Part shown: in pieces, positions 1 to 11,852 of the stretch | How the letters are laid out: each line of letters opens with the position of its first letter | Numbering within the stretch: position 1 is the stretch's first letter | NCBI RefSeq assembly: GCF_001194135.2 | Contig: NC_068992.1 | Coordinates: forward strand, 47,932,248-47,973,863 | From: Octopus bimaculoides | Taxonomy: Eukaryota | Length of the DNA stretch: 41,616 nt | Direction: 5' to 3' | Notes under the pieces: model-generated | The model's database searches: none | What the model saw: only the letters and a program-made list of their open reading frames with translations | What the model was told of the DNA's origin: nothing | Program-made: the position numbers and the translations under genes

Positions 1-337
1 GACCCCAGGACTTATTCTTTGGATGCCTAGTACTTATTCTATCGGTCTCTTTTGCCGAACTGCTAAGTGACGGGGACGTAAACACACCACCATCAATTGT
101 CAAATGATGTTGGGGGGAGGAGACAAACACAGACACACAAACACACACATATATATATGCATATACAAATATACAACGGGCTTCTTTCAGTTTCCGTCTA
201 CCAAATCCACTCACAAGGCTTTGGTCGGCCCGAGGCTATAGTAGAAGACACTTGCCCAAAATGCCACACAGTGGGACTGAACCCGGAAGCATGTGGTTGG
301 TAAGCAAGCTACTTACCACACAGTCACTCCTGCGCCT
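1..337 (-). mobile_element. tRNA-derived SINE with CORE-like segment and internal (TA/TG) microsatellite (octopus-type family)
   Basis: Minus strand reads GGCGCAGGAGTGACTGTGTGGTAAG...GGGTTCAGTCCC (degenerate A/B boxes), then TTGGGCAAGTGTCTTCTACTATAGCC, a microsatellite and a tail. A near-identical copy lies at 15305-15645. Confidence 0.85.
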
Positions 338-1265
338 TGATTAACTTATAAGGTGGTAATCCTGTATCCACTTCCCTAGATATTGTAAGCATCACTGCTG
401 ACTACCCTTCATGGAAATGTAGCTTTCCTCTTTTCATATCCTTGATTACTTTATCCACTAATATTTACATCATCTATCTATGACATATACACACACACAT
501 ATATACATAACATTATATATATGTGTGTGTGTGCTTTTTTATATATACACAGACACACACATATACATGTGCACACACACAGACATATATAAGCACCAAC
601 AAATACATATACACATATATGTAGTTATGCATGTCTATTTGTATGTATACACATATATAGATACAAATCATTGTACATCTATGTATGTTTGCATGTATGT
701 GCATATATAAATACATTATAAACACACTCACGCATTTGCACTTGCACACACACAAGGAGAGAGAGAGAGTGAGAGAGAGAGAGAGAGCGACTCATATAAA
801 AGTATTTTTAAAATTGCTATATCTGAAAAAGAGAATATTGGTACAAAGAATAAAATGTAAATATTGTAATTATAGTAGAATATATTCCATTCCGTATGAG
901 AGAAAAAGAACAGCAGTCGTATGGAAGAAAAAAGAAATACGATAGCTAAGGAATTTAGATGACATAAATATATCAAGAAAATTGTCCGTTATGTTTGGTA
1001 GGACTGAGTTTTCTTTGTCGTCTTTTGATTTTTGAAAATTCTGTTTGAATATGAAGGACGAATTATGAAGAACTCCTGTGAAAATTGGCAGGTAGATAGG
1101 ATGGATTTTGAAAGGACTGGAATTATAGACATTGCACAGGAAGATACGGAAGAACACAGCCATTAGCTGTTAGCAAATTAAAAATATTGAGACAATCTTG
1201 GATGTTAGGAAGAAGAAAGTAAACTTCCTTGCATTTTAAAAGAAATATTTTTACCATTTCATGTC

Positions 1266-1570
1266 CAATCATCATCATCATCATCGTTTAACGTCTGCTT
1301 TCCATGCTAGCATGGGTTGGACGATTTGACTGAGGACTGGTGAAACCGGATGGCAACACCAGGCTCCAATCTAAATTTGGCAGAGTTTCTACAGCTGGAT
1401 GCCCTTCCTAACGCCAACCACTCAGAGAGTGTAGTAGGTGCTTTTACGTGTCACCTGCACGAAGGCCAGTCAGGTGATACTGGAAACGGCCACGCTCGAA
1501 ATGGTGTCTTTTATGTGCCACCCGCACAAGCCAGTCCAGGGGCACTGGCAACGATCTCGCTCGAAAATCC
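1266..1570 (-). mobile_element. RTE-LINE-tail-related SINE/non-autonomous retroelement with (CAT)n tail
   Basis: Begins with (CAT)n on the plus strand and contains the family motif CAGCTGGATGCCCTTCCTAACGCCAACCAC. Repeated at 2470-2770 and, diverged, at 35470-35830. It explains the MATPGSNL and MAEFLQLD ORFs. Confidence 0.8.
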
Positions 1571-2872
1571 TACGATGTTGTTATATTTACCAGGATCAGC
1601 CTGCTAACGTTTTGGCAGAATTGTTTGACAACAGCTCAGTCCTGTCTTTGTTACAGCTAACAATCCAGNNNNNNNNNNNNNNNNNNNNNNNNNNNNNNNN
1701 NNNNNNNNNNNNNNNNNNNNNNNNNNNNNNNNNNNNNNNNNNNNNNNNNNNNNNNNNNNNNNNNNNNNNNNNNNNNNNNNNNNNNNNNNNNNNNNNNNNN
1801 NNNNNNNNNNNNNNNNNNNNNNNNNNNNNNNNNNNNNNNNNNNNNNNNNNNNNNNNNNNNNNNNNNNNNNNNNNNNNNNNNNNNNNNNNNNNNNNNNNNN
1901 NNNNNNNNNNNNNNNNNNNNNNNNNNNNNNNNNNNNNNNNNNNNNNNNNNNNNNNNNNNNNNNNNNNNNNNNNNNNNNNNNNNNNNNNNNNNNNNNNNNN
2001 NNNNNNNNNNNNNNNNNNNNNNNNNNNNNNNNNNNNNNNNNNNNNNNNNNNNNNNNNNNNNNNNNNNNNNNNNNNNNNNNNNNNNNNNNNNNNNNNNNNN
2101 NNNNNNNNNNNNNNNNNNNNNNNNNNNNNNNNNNNNNNNNNNNNNNNNNNNNNNNNNNNNNNNNNNNNNNNNNNNNNNNNNNNNNNNNNNNNNNNNNNNN
2201 NNNNNNNNNNNNNNNNNNNNNNNNNNNNNNNNNNNNNNNNNNNNNNNNNNNNNNNNNNNNNNNNNNNNNNNNNNNNNNNNNNNNNNNNNNNNNNNNNNNN
2301 NNNNNNNNNNNNNNNNNNNNNNNNNNNNNNNNNNNNNNNNNNNNNNNNNNNNNNNNNNNNNNNNNNNNNNNNNNNNNNNNNNNNNNNNNNNNNNNNNNNN
2401 NNNNNNNNNNNNNNNNNNNNNNNNNNNNNNNNNNNNNNNNNNNNNNNNNNNNNNNNNNNNNNNNNNNNCCAATCATCATCATCATCATCGTTTAACGTCT
2501 GCTTTCCATGCTAGCATGGGTTGGACGATTTGACTGAGGACTGGTGAAACCGGATGGCAACACCAGGCTCCAATCTAAATTTGGCAGAGTTTCTACAGCT
2601 GGATGCCCTTCCTAACGCCAACCACTCAGAGAGTGTAGTAGGTGCTTTTACGTGTCACCTGCACGAAGGCCAGTCAGGTGATACTGGAAACGGCCACGCT
2701 CGAAATGGTGTCTTTTATGTGCCACCCGCACAAGCCAGTCCAGGGGCACTGGCAACGATCTCGCTCGAAAATCCTACGATGTTGTTATATTTACCAGGAT
2801 CAGCCTGCTAACGTTTTGGCAGAATTGTTTGACAACAGCTCAGTCCTGTCTTTGTTACAGCTAACAATCCAG
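1266..2872. repeat. Identical 403-bp block (1266-1668 = 2470-2872) on both sides of an 801-nt N gap
   Basis: By-eye comparison shows identical sequence at offset 1204, and both supplied ORFs are duplicated verbatim. Confidence 0.9.
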
Positions 2873-3004
2873 CCATGAGCACCACTTGAGAGACGGTTCC
2901 ACTCATTGATTTCTTTTTATCATTCTTTTACTCACTCGCATAATTCTTTCATTACCAACTCACTTCATACTGCTAGTCATTGAAGAATACCAAAGTGCCT
3001 GATT

Positions 3005-3210
3005 CTTCCCACTTTTGCATTCTTTCTTTTATTCTTTTATTCTTTTATTCCCACTTTTGCATTCTTTCTTTTATTCTTTTATTCTTTTATTCTTTTATTC
3101 CCACTTTTGCATTCTTTCTTTTATTCTTTTATTCTTTTATTCNNNNNNNNNNNNNNNNNNNNNNNNNNNNNNNNNNNNNNNNCGATCTGCATTCTTTCTT
3201 TTATTCTTTC
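3005..3210. repeat. Pyrimidine minisatellite, unit CCCACTTTTGCATTCTTTCTTTTATTCTTTTATTCTTTTATT
   Basis: Three to four tandem copies are visible, interrupted by a gap. Confidence 0.85.
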
Positions 3211-3940
3211 AACGGTTTCAGTCGTAGGATTGTGGCCATGCTGGAGCACTGCTTTAACTTATATTCTATTGGTTTTGTCATCGTTTTATGGCAGGAAATT
3301 GGTCTACGATTGAGTTTGTAACAGCTGATCTTCCCTGAGTGTATCTTTGAATGCTTGACTGGTTCAGGATATTTATATTAAAATTTAAAATCATCATCAT
3401 CATTTTGATATATCAATAAAAATACTTTTTTTTTGTCATTTTACATGCCCAATCTAAAAAAAAACCAATTATTTTAGAATTTTATTGAAACAATGAAGTG
3501 GAGAAATATTTTTAGATAGAAAGATAGTAGAAGGTTGAATCTGGTAGGTAGAAACAGATTTAGGTTCTTAGCTCAGGGACAACAATATGTTACATATTAA
3601 TTTATTTGTGCAGTCAGTAGAGGTATTGTGACTTGACATAAATGTGAAATATTTATCTCTAATTTAGGGAGAAAGTCAGAGATTTTGAAGGATTAGGTTA
3701 TTAGTCAATTTCAGACATCCCTGCATTTGATTAATATTTTATTTCATTAACTGTTGGGGAAAGACATAAGGTAAATTTGACCATGATAAAATTTGAACCC
3801 AGAACTTAAAGAACTAGAAGATATATAGCAAGGCATTTTGTCTGATGCTCAACTGATTCTGTTGACATTTACAACTGTACAGTATTGCACGGCTGTATAG
3901 TAAAACTGCTAAGTTGTTCTGTGGGAACACTCTACAGAAC

Positions 3941-4000
3941 AGTGATATCACAATACTGTACTGTGATATCAATATCATAGTACAATATTGTGATATCACT
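3941..4000. repeat. 60-nt hairpin/inverted repeat (28-bp stem, 4-nt loop)
   Basis: AGTGATATCACAATA (3941-3955) is the exact reverse complement of 3986-4000. The inner 13 bp pair with one mismatch and one G-T. Confidence 0.85.
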
Positions 4001-4544
4001 ATGTAATATACTATGAAGTCAATTATATCTATTCTAGAAACAGAGCTGGTGCTATTAGTGAAAGGATGAAAGGCAAGGTTAAGCTCAATGGTAAGGATGT
4101 AAATGAAGAGATTGCTAAGTAGTGCAAAGCATTTTGCCCCTTACTGGCAAATCTGGCAATACATAACAACAACAATAATGGTCATGATAAACCTTTGAAC
4201 TATAGGTACAAGGCAGGTAATTTTGAGGGAAGAGGCTAGTCAATTATAACAACTGCAGGACTGGATTGATACTTATTTTATCAAACTTGAAAGGATGAAA
4301 GGCAAAGTTGACTATGGCAGCATTTGAACTCAGAACAGAATAATTATAATTGTTTCTAATTTAGGCGGAAGGCCGAAAATTTGAGAGGAGGAATCAGTCT
4401 CCTCACTGAATCCTTCCTTTATTTTACAGTTTCCAGTCTCTGAAGAGATGAAATGTTAATTTGACTTCAGTGGGATTTGAACACGGAAAGTAAAGAGAAT
4501 AAATACTGCAAGCCATTCTGTCTGACACTATAGTGACTCTGTCA

Positions 4545-4885
4545 TTCCATGGCAATGATGATGATGATGACAGAAAAATACAATGTTGATGATAATAATG
4601 ATAAGGTTGATGAGATAATGAGGACAAGATCTGTGATGGTGACGATGATGATGACAATGTCATTGATGATGATGACACCGATGACAATGACAATGACGAT
4701 AAGGACATTGATGATAATAATGAGGACAACATCGTTGATGGTGATGATACTGATGACAAGGACGAGAATAATAATAAATGTGAGTGATGATGATGATGAT
4801 GATGATGATGGTGGTACTGACAAGGATGGAGATGGTGATGACCACAGCAACAACAATGACAATGTACATGATAATAATAATTCAC
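4545..4885. repeat. Degenerate (GAT/GAC/AAT)n trinucleotide array
   Basis: Low-complexity array producing M/D/T/I-rich ORFs in several frames on both strands. Confidence 0.9.
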
Positions 4886-5029
4886 TCTTACAAATAAATT
4901 CTGCCAGCAAGAGCCAGTACAAAATGACAGTCGAAGGGAAGGTTTGAAGTAAATATTATCATTACCAATAATAATAAAGATAACAATATTATATTTATAC
5001 ATATCTGTTCTCTTTTTCTGTGTGTGTCT

Positions 5030-5062
<33 letters not shown>

Positions 5063-5830
5063 NNNNNNNNNNNNNNNNNNNNNNNNNNNNNNNNNNNNNN
5101 NNNNNNNNNNNNNNNNNNNNNNNNNNNNNNNNNNNNNNNNNNNNNNNNNNNNNNNNNNNNNNNNNNNNNNNNNNNNNNNNNNNNNNNNNNNNNNNNNNNN
5201 CACGCACGCACACACACACACACACATATATATATATGATTTCAAACCCTATAACAGTTATTTTCAGCTATCGCTTGTAGCTGAAATTTACTTCAAACAC
5301 GTAAGTTGTTTTTTCGCTTCTTTTTTAATGTGTTTTTTCTTTTTAAAAAATGTATTTACTTTATTATATTTTTGCCGGTTTTCTTTTGCATTCTAAGAAT
5401 GAATTCCTCCTGTGGGCAGTGTACAGTTTTCTCTCTATGTTTTGTTGTGCATTTGTGCAGCAACAGGTCACGTTATGCAACTAGTATGTGTGCAAAGGAA
5501 ATTATATTTTGTGCACTTCAAAGTAAAGGAGTAAATGCATGCAACGGCTTTTTTTTTGTTTCCTTTTATTATATTTTTTTGTTCTGTTGTTTTTTATTTT
5601 TCTACTTTGGAATAGGGACATTATCTGCTACCTGGTGGTAACAAATGGACAAATTTACCATTTCTTTTGTTTTCAATATGCGCTTTCTCCAAAATGTAAA
5701 ATGTACAACCACTTGACACCATGCACTATGCATCTATCTATCTACAATGCACACACACACAAACTTACACGTGTGTACATTTATACTTATACATACACAC
5801 ATATTTTTATGTATAAATGTGTGTATATAC

Positions 5831-5867
<37 letters not shown>

Positions 5868-6121
5868 ACACATATATATATGTAACATCCTACTTTTAGG
5901 CTTACTCAGAGTAATAGAAGTGGTGGTCACAGAAGAGTGGCAGACATGACAAAACACCAAAACTAAATATTCTAGAGTATTTAGCTTCACCTCTGTGGGG
6001 GTGAATAAATTGTTATTTGATGCCCAACTCACATTCTTTCTGGCAGTCAAAGGGTCATAGGCCAATTCTGCCATTCATCCATTGGGAGAGTGATATANNN
6101 NNNNNNNNATATATATATATA

Positions 6122-6179
<58 letters not shown>

Positions 6180-6300
6180 TGTATATGTACAGAGGGCGAT
6201 GGGTAGGTATAGATATATATATATAGCGTGAGAGAGTTAGGGGTTGGAGGTTCAACCCACTAAGGGATAGTATCTATCCAGTATACTGCTGGGAGGGTAC

Positions 6301-6352
6301 CCAATTATTGCTACACTAGTGCTTAGTATAGCACTAGTGTAGCAATAATTGG
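6301..6352. repeat. Perfect 23-bp-stem hairpin with 6-nt loop
   Basis: CCAATTATTGCTACACTAGTGCT-tagtat-AGCACTAGTGTAGCAATAATTGG. Confidence 0.95.
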
Positions 6353-7236
6353 ATATATATATATATATATATTTATATACAGAGTATGATGAATTAAGTA
6401 CCAGTTGCATACTGGGGTCGATCTAATCGACTGGCCCCCTCTTCATACATACATACACACACACGCACATATATAGACACACACACACACATACACACAG
6501 AGCGAGATTGATATAAACAGGGTGCGGTGAATAAACTGTCATCTAAATTACGCAAATATGAAAACCAAAATGACATCTCATTTTAACAGATGATTTTTAT
6601 CACTCTTAGTACATGTCCTCAGATTGACACCCAAACACTCTGAAATGTTCATACTGGAGTTTCCAGTGCAAATGCCAAGCAGTAAAGAATGTTGCTTCCA
6701 AATTTCTGGCAGAGTGAATTGCACAATGGTGCTGTTTTCTCACAGATGGTGCCCAACTGACGCTACCATACTGTGTAGTCAACAAAATCAAAAGCAAACA
6801 ATGCACATGGCAACAGGAGATATTACCTGTTTGGTAATAAAGTTAGGCAACACAAAGGGCATGAGACCAGAGAAAACTGGCATCAATAAGCACTATCAAA
6901 CCCATACAAGAATGGAAAAATGGATGTTATGATGATGTCATGTGTGCATGTATTTAAGTCTCCTTGACTTGACAGTGCATCACAGAGACACAAGTCAATG
7001 ATGGTATTTCTAAATGATACTTAGTTTTCTGGATGTAACAACAAAATCCCCCTTTTCATTTAAATGAGTCTAAGAATGAATTATATTACTCTTTAGAGAG
7101 CTTCCAAGTGCTGGAAAAATGGGAGAAAGTAACCCTCAGATATGAGACACCTGACCCTAATACCTACAACAGAGTGAACCCTACTTGAAGTAACAAAGAG
7201 ACAGATGGTGGTGTTAAAGCAAGTGAAGAATTATAC

Positions 7237-7350
7237 CTAAGGAATAACAAATTCTTGAGTCCCCAAAACAACACGTGGTCCAACACGAATAAAAGGGTCC
7301 TCACAGTGAAAAAGATCAATAATTTTCCTTTCCATCTCAGTACCATAAGG
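7237..7350 (-). CDS. Candidate terminal coding exon of an unidentified gene (PYGTEMERKIIDLFHCEDPFIRVGPRVVLGTQEFVIP*)
   Basis: Acceptor cacctgtctttgaacag|CCT, then 37 codons and TAG. Strong T/A third-position bias, retained CGT codons, and not part of any repeat I recognise. Protein family not recognised. Confidence 0.5.
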   Translation of the reverse strand, partial: PYGTEMERKIIDLFHCEDPFIRVGPRVVLGTQEFVIP

Positions 7351-7420
7351 CTGTTCAAAGACAGGTGATTTGTAAAATTTAACGTTATTTTAGAATTCAT
7401 GCAAGCCAGTGGAGGTCTAC

Positions 7421-7437
7421 ATTGACAAGACTCAACA
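7421..7437 (-). CDS. Candidate 17-nt micro-exon (M-LSLVN)
   Basis: Long poly-T acceptor ...tttttttgcatatgtttgcag| and a weak donor AAT|gtagac. It bridges phase 1 to phase 0 between the 7561-7620 and 7237-7350 exons via 123- and 70-nt introns. Confidence 0.25.
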
Positions 7438-7560
7438 CTGCAAACATATGCAAAAAAAAAATGCTATATTAGAAAAAAAAAGAAAAAAAAAGCACCTGAT
7501 GTTTCTGCCAGAGATTTTCATTCATGTTTGTTAGTTTTTCCTGCTTCTAATGTTCCTCAC

Positions 7561-7620
7561 TATTTTGTGGGAGATGTGGTGAATTAAGCAGAGGAATTGC
7601 AGAAATGGTAAAGTGCCAGA
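7561..7620 (-). CDS. Candidate 60-nt internal exon (WHFTISAIPLLNSPHLPQN in phase 1, or SGTLPFLQFLCLIHHISHKI in phase 0)
   Basis: Strong acceptor aatttttatttttctttag| and donor ATA|gtgagg. Two frames are open. Confidence 0.45.
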
Positions 7621-8497
7621 CTAAAGAAAAATAAAAATTATTTCTAGTAATCTTCATATCTATTTTGTTTTTTAAATAACCATTTGGTCTTTTTTTTTTT
7701 TTTTNNNNNNNNNNTATTTTGTTCATATTAATTAAGCAACATATATCTTATTGCTCTTTTTGGTTTTTGATTGCATTTAAGAGGAAATTTTTTTTTTTTT
7801 CTAGCCTCAAAAATGTTAGAGATTTTAGCTCCATCTTACTGCATTCTAAGTTCAAATCCCAGCGAGAGATGTTGGCTGTACCCTGCATCGTTTTACAGTC
7901 AATAAAATAAGTACCAGTCAAGTACTTGGCACCAAATTACATCCAAACCACACCACTCAGTACGCACAAATTATTTGGCTTCATGCCAAACATAAAAACC
8001 ATTTTTCAAAAAAAAAGCATTTTCCTTTTGCATTTTTATAATTTTTTTTTATTATTTCTTAATAGATATGATGCACTGAATTCACAACTGAATGGTTTCA
8101 GAGAGGAAGGGTATCCAGCTGTAAAAAAACCACATGCTTCGATTAATTTTCAAAGCAAGAATAAACGAAACTCTAGAATCTGCAGTCATATGTATTTTTT
8201 GTATTTTTGCACTTTAACATATTTTAAAAGTTTTATATTTTTCGCATTTTGCAGATTTTTTTCGCATTATAATTAGTTGATATAAATTTAGTAACCCATA
8301 TCTTTAACCTCCATCTATACAAACATCGACAAATTAATGTACAAATAATTGAGGAATTTTAGTTTAGTTGTGTTTAAACATATAATTGTAAATATATACA
8401 CAGGCATGTGTGCATATGTGTGTATGTGTATATATAAATAGAGATAGACAGACAGAGAAATAAATACATACACACATACATATATGTATTTATATAT

Positions 8498-8528
<31 letters not shown>

Positions 8529-8879
8529 AAATGTATCTTTAGGTTTCAAGTTTTTTTGTTTCCATTTAGTTATCAATTTAAAGATGCCTTTTGGGTTTTT
8601 TCTTATCATGAGAAGAAAATACAGAATTTGGAAGTAAACCAACGAATTTAAATATAATGCTTGTAATTCATTTTCTTTCCTGATATGTGTGTGTCTGGGT
8701 GGATAAATATAGTGGTTGTGTATGTAGGTAGGTATGTAGATATATATATATGTACGTATACAGATATAAATAAATATATATATATATACGAGTATATATA
8801 TATATATATATATATATAAATACACACACATATATAAATTTAATTTGAAAAACACTAATTTTAGTATATATCATTATTA

Positions 8880-9125
8880 TCTTCATCATGTAAATATCCA
8901 CTTTTCATGCTTGCATGTGTCAGACACAATATGTTGAGGCAGACGTTCTGTGGTTGGATGCCCTTCTTGTTGCCAACTCTCATCTGTTTCCAAGCAACCA
9001 GACATGTTCCCCTGTGACCAGACATGTTCTTCATAGAAGATTCAAACAAAAAATATCACTTCTATGCCCATGACAGTCACTTACAACTATCATGTAATGT
9101 CAAAACAAAGGAGATACATACATAT
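8880..9125 (-). mobile_element. SINE (RTE-tail-type family) running into a compound microsatellite
   Basis: Carries the TTCCATGCTTGCATG...GGATGCCCTTC motifs. Diverged copies lie at 6800-6940, 9600-9790, 33420-33700 and 34080-34260. Confidence 0.7.
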
Positions 9126-9140
9126 CTATCTATCTATCTA

Positions 9141-9176
<36 letters not shown>

Positions 9177-9215
9177 TCTTCTGATATATATATATATATA
9201 TATATNNNNNNNNNN

Positions 9216-9310
<95 letters not shown>

Positions 9311-9939
9311 GTATGTATGTATGTGTGTCTTTATTGTGACATAACATGATAGTTGTAAATAAATACTAATTTCAAATTTTGTTACAAGGCCAGCAATTTC
9401 AGGGGAGATGATAAGTTGATTACATCGACCTCAGTGCTCAACTGGTACATATTTTATTGACCCTGAAAGAATGAAATGCAATGTTGACCTCAATGGAATT
9501 TGAACTCAGAACGTGAAGATAGCTGAAATGCTGCTAATCTTTTTGCCAGGTGTGCTAAAAATTCTGCCAGCTCACCACCTTAATGGTAATAAATATTGCA
9601 ATCATACGAGCTGCACCTTTCATTTTCAATATTCTGCAGAAACACGTTTGGCCAAGGGGAAAAAATTACTTTGTTTAGAAATAGGGACAGGTTAGGGAGA
9701 GAAAGAACTTTCAACCGTAGGAAATCTGCCTCAATAATTTTCACCTGCCCTGTTCAAGCGTGGAAAAGTGAGCATGATGATGATGATGACGATTGGTGAT
9801 GATTGATAATGATACGTACACAATATGGGCTTCTTTCTGTTTCTGACTACTAAATTCACTCACAAGGATTTGGTTGGTGCAGAATACACACAGATTGAAG
9901 TATAAAAACTGTTTGGGTGTTATCTGTGCTAACAAGAAA

Positions 9940-10295
9940 TTCTCTCTCAAAGCAGAAGGTTGGTTACATAATGCATTTTTATGAAAACATGATGATGCGT
10001 GGCATTGGAATCTGGCCATTAAATACGGAGTATGTGAGGCACTTGAGAGAAAATGCAAGGTCAGTAGTGGAGCGCAGATGAGAAGGGAGAAATATTATAA
10101 TGTAAAGAACTGAAAGGTAGTGTGCCAAAAAGAAATTTAGCTGCTCTGGAGGTGTGATGTACATGGAGGACATCAGTTTGATGAAATGTCAAGGAAGACA
10201 TAACAAGATTTGGTAAAGGCAGAAGATCACAGGAGGGTGAATCCCAGACAAGATGTTACAAATAAATGGCGAGAGGCTGGGCTGAATAAAATCTC
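9940..10295 (+). mobile_element. Degraded RTE-LINE 3' fragment
   Basis: Frameshifted translation EGWLHNAFL*KHDDAWHWNLAIK resembles the RTE KGRLYDACVRTAMLHGSETW region. The downstream sequence resembles the RWYGHV/RGRPRKTW region. Confidence 0.55.
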
Positions 10296-10661
10296 ATGCA
10301 AGCATTAAAACAGAAAAAAAATTAAAATGTAAAATGATGATGATGATGATTATACTACTGTTATTATGATGCTGCCATTACTAATGGTGAGGAGGAGGAG
10401 GAGAATTCACTACCTTATTACTCAGAGTTTTATATCACATGCACACTCATTCAGCCAACGTTACTTTTATTACTATCAGTAATAGTAGTAGAGGTGGTGG
10501 TAATAGTAGAGGTAATAGTAGAATATTGTAACCATGGTAGCCAACACTGTCAGCATTATCATGAACATCGCTATCACTATCATCATCATCATCCCGTCAT
10601 CGTCAGCACTACCACAGTCATTAATATTAATGCTGTTCACAATGTTGCTATAATAGTAGTA

Positions 10662-10662
<1 letters not shown>

Positions 10663-10708
<46 letters not shown>

Positions 10709-10740
10709 TATTATTATTATTATTATTATTATCATTATTA
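10663..10740. repeat. (TAA)n directly abutting (TTA)n: palindromic microsatellite
   Basis: Strand switch at about 10708 with no spacer. Confidence 0.85.
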
Positions 10741-11484
10741 TATTTTGAAGCAGATGGATGTCTCAAGAGACAGCCATGAAAAAATTGATTATTAACAAAT
10801 TTTATAGGATGTTTAATTTTTATCTTTATTTTCGTTCTTTAATGTTTATATTTTTTTTTTTACTATTTTACAAACAGGGGACTTCGATACATTTGTACAT
10901 CATTCCCAATATCAAGTCTGTCTTTTAGACATTTTATTTGCTTTCAAAAATATTTCATGTTTTTGCATTCTATTCAATATGGTTTCTTCCTTGAGGGGGT
11001 GCAGTAAGAGGTGCTAATAAGAAAGGAAGTAGTACTAGATACACCTCCATTAGAAGAAAATTTTGAAATACATTTCAAACTTACAAAAGCAAAAACATAA
11101 GAGAATTCCAAAAAAAAAAAATTAAAAGGAAGAAAAGCAGAAAAAAATTTTCAATGATCCACTCACAAATATGCAGACAATAAAACTTTTGCACCCGAAA
11201 ATGCAAATTTGCATGATATCAATAAGAGTACTAGCAATGAACAGCAACATCATGAAGTTGAGCTTTACTAACAAAAATACTAACAGTTCCTTTACAAACA
11301 TTATGAGCCAAGAGAAGGTTTCAGACAGGATTTGTTTGTTAGCACTCCGTCGCTTATGACATCGAGGGTTCCAGTTGATCCGATGGCACACTAACAGAGG
11401 AAGTAATAGGGAATGATTTCAAGAAAAGACCTCCACTGTCTCTTAAAAAAAAAAAAAGAAAGAATATCTCCCTTTGGAACTATA

Positions 11485-11714
11485 TGGAGTTTTGATACCA
11501 ACCAGCCTGATTCTGGCCCCTGGTTCTGTGATACAAAATTCTTGTTTATAAAGTGATTTGAATTAAAACCTGCCGTCAAAATTTCAACTAGATTTACGTT
11601 TCAGACACAAAATTAATAAAGATAAAGTTATTCTATTGAATTCTTCATTATTTTTAAAATTAATAGAAACAAAAGCAGTGTATTTCGACAGAAATGTGGT
11701 AACAAAAGGGTTAA
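11485..11714. mobile_element. TTAA-ended non-autonomous DNA element (piggyBac-like MITE)
   Basis: Right end ...GTAACAAAAGGG-TTAA. The left end is degenerate. Confidence 0.5.
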
Positions 11715-11852
11715 ATAACTAATGAGGATCAATTTGAATGAACATCAGGAAGAACAAGGAAATGGTAATGCGCAGATTGAGGAGAGATGGGTTTCCAACT
11801 CTGTAAAACAAAAATCATTGACTATAAATAAGAAACAAGTTTAACAATTTAT

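Noticed and set aside
1329-1350. CTGAGGA-CTGGT-GAAAC hammerhead-like words in the SINE
   Set aside because: There is no room for helix II, and no helix I or III can be formed.
1350-1607. Repeated ORFs MATPGSNL... and MAEFLQLD... (also 2554-2811 and 35576-35839)
   Set aside because: They lie wholly within antisense SINE copies.
4549-4947. 132-aa M/D/T-rich ORF
   Set aside because: Trinucleotide microsatellite that is open in several frames.
8075-8122. Minus-strand exon candidate after tttttttacag|
   Set aside because: Matches the SINE motif TACAGCTGGATGCCCTTCCT.
9640-9750. Protein-like frames GQVKIIEADFLRL (-) and ETRLAKGKKLLCLEIGTG (+)
   Set aside because: The region aligns to the SINE family seen at 8880-9125 and 33420-33700.
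9956-10059. Exon-like KVGYIMHFYENMMMRGIGIWPLNTEYVRHLRENAR
   Set aside because: Better explained as an off-frame reading of a decayed RTE fragment.
5467-10914. Plus-strand chain of small exon candidates (5615, 6610, 7097, 8076, 8570, 9639, 10877)
   Set aside because: Phases can be matched only by picking weak donors, the peptide is unrecognisable, and several pieces overlap SINE or RTE relics.
10995-11480. Short protein-like frames (EVVLDTPPLEENF..., THKYADNKTF...)
   Set aside because: Broken by stops and poly-A runs, with no consistent splice sites.
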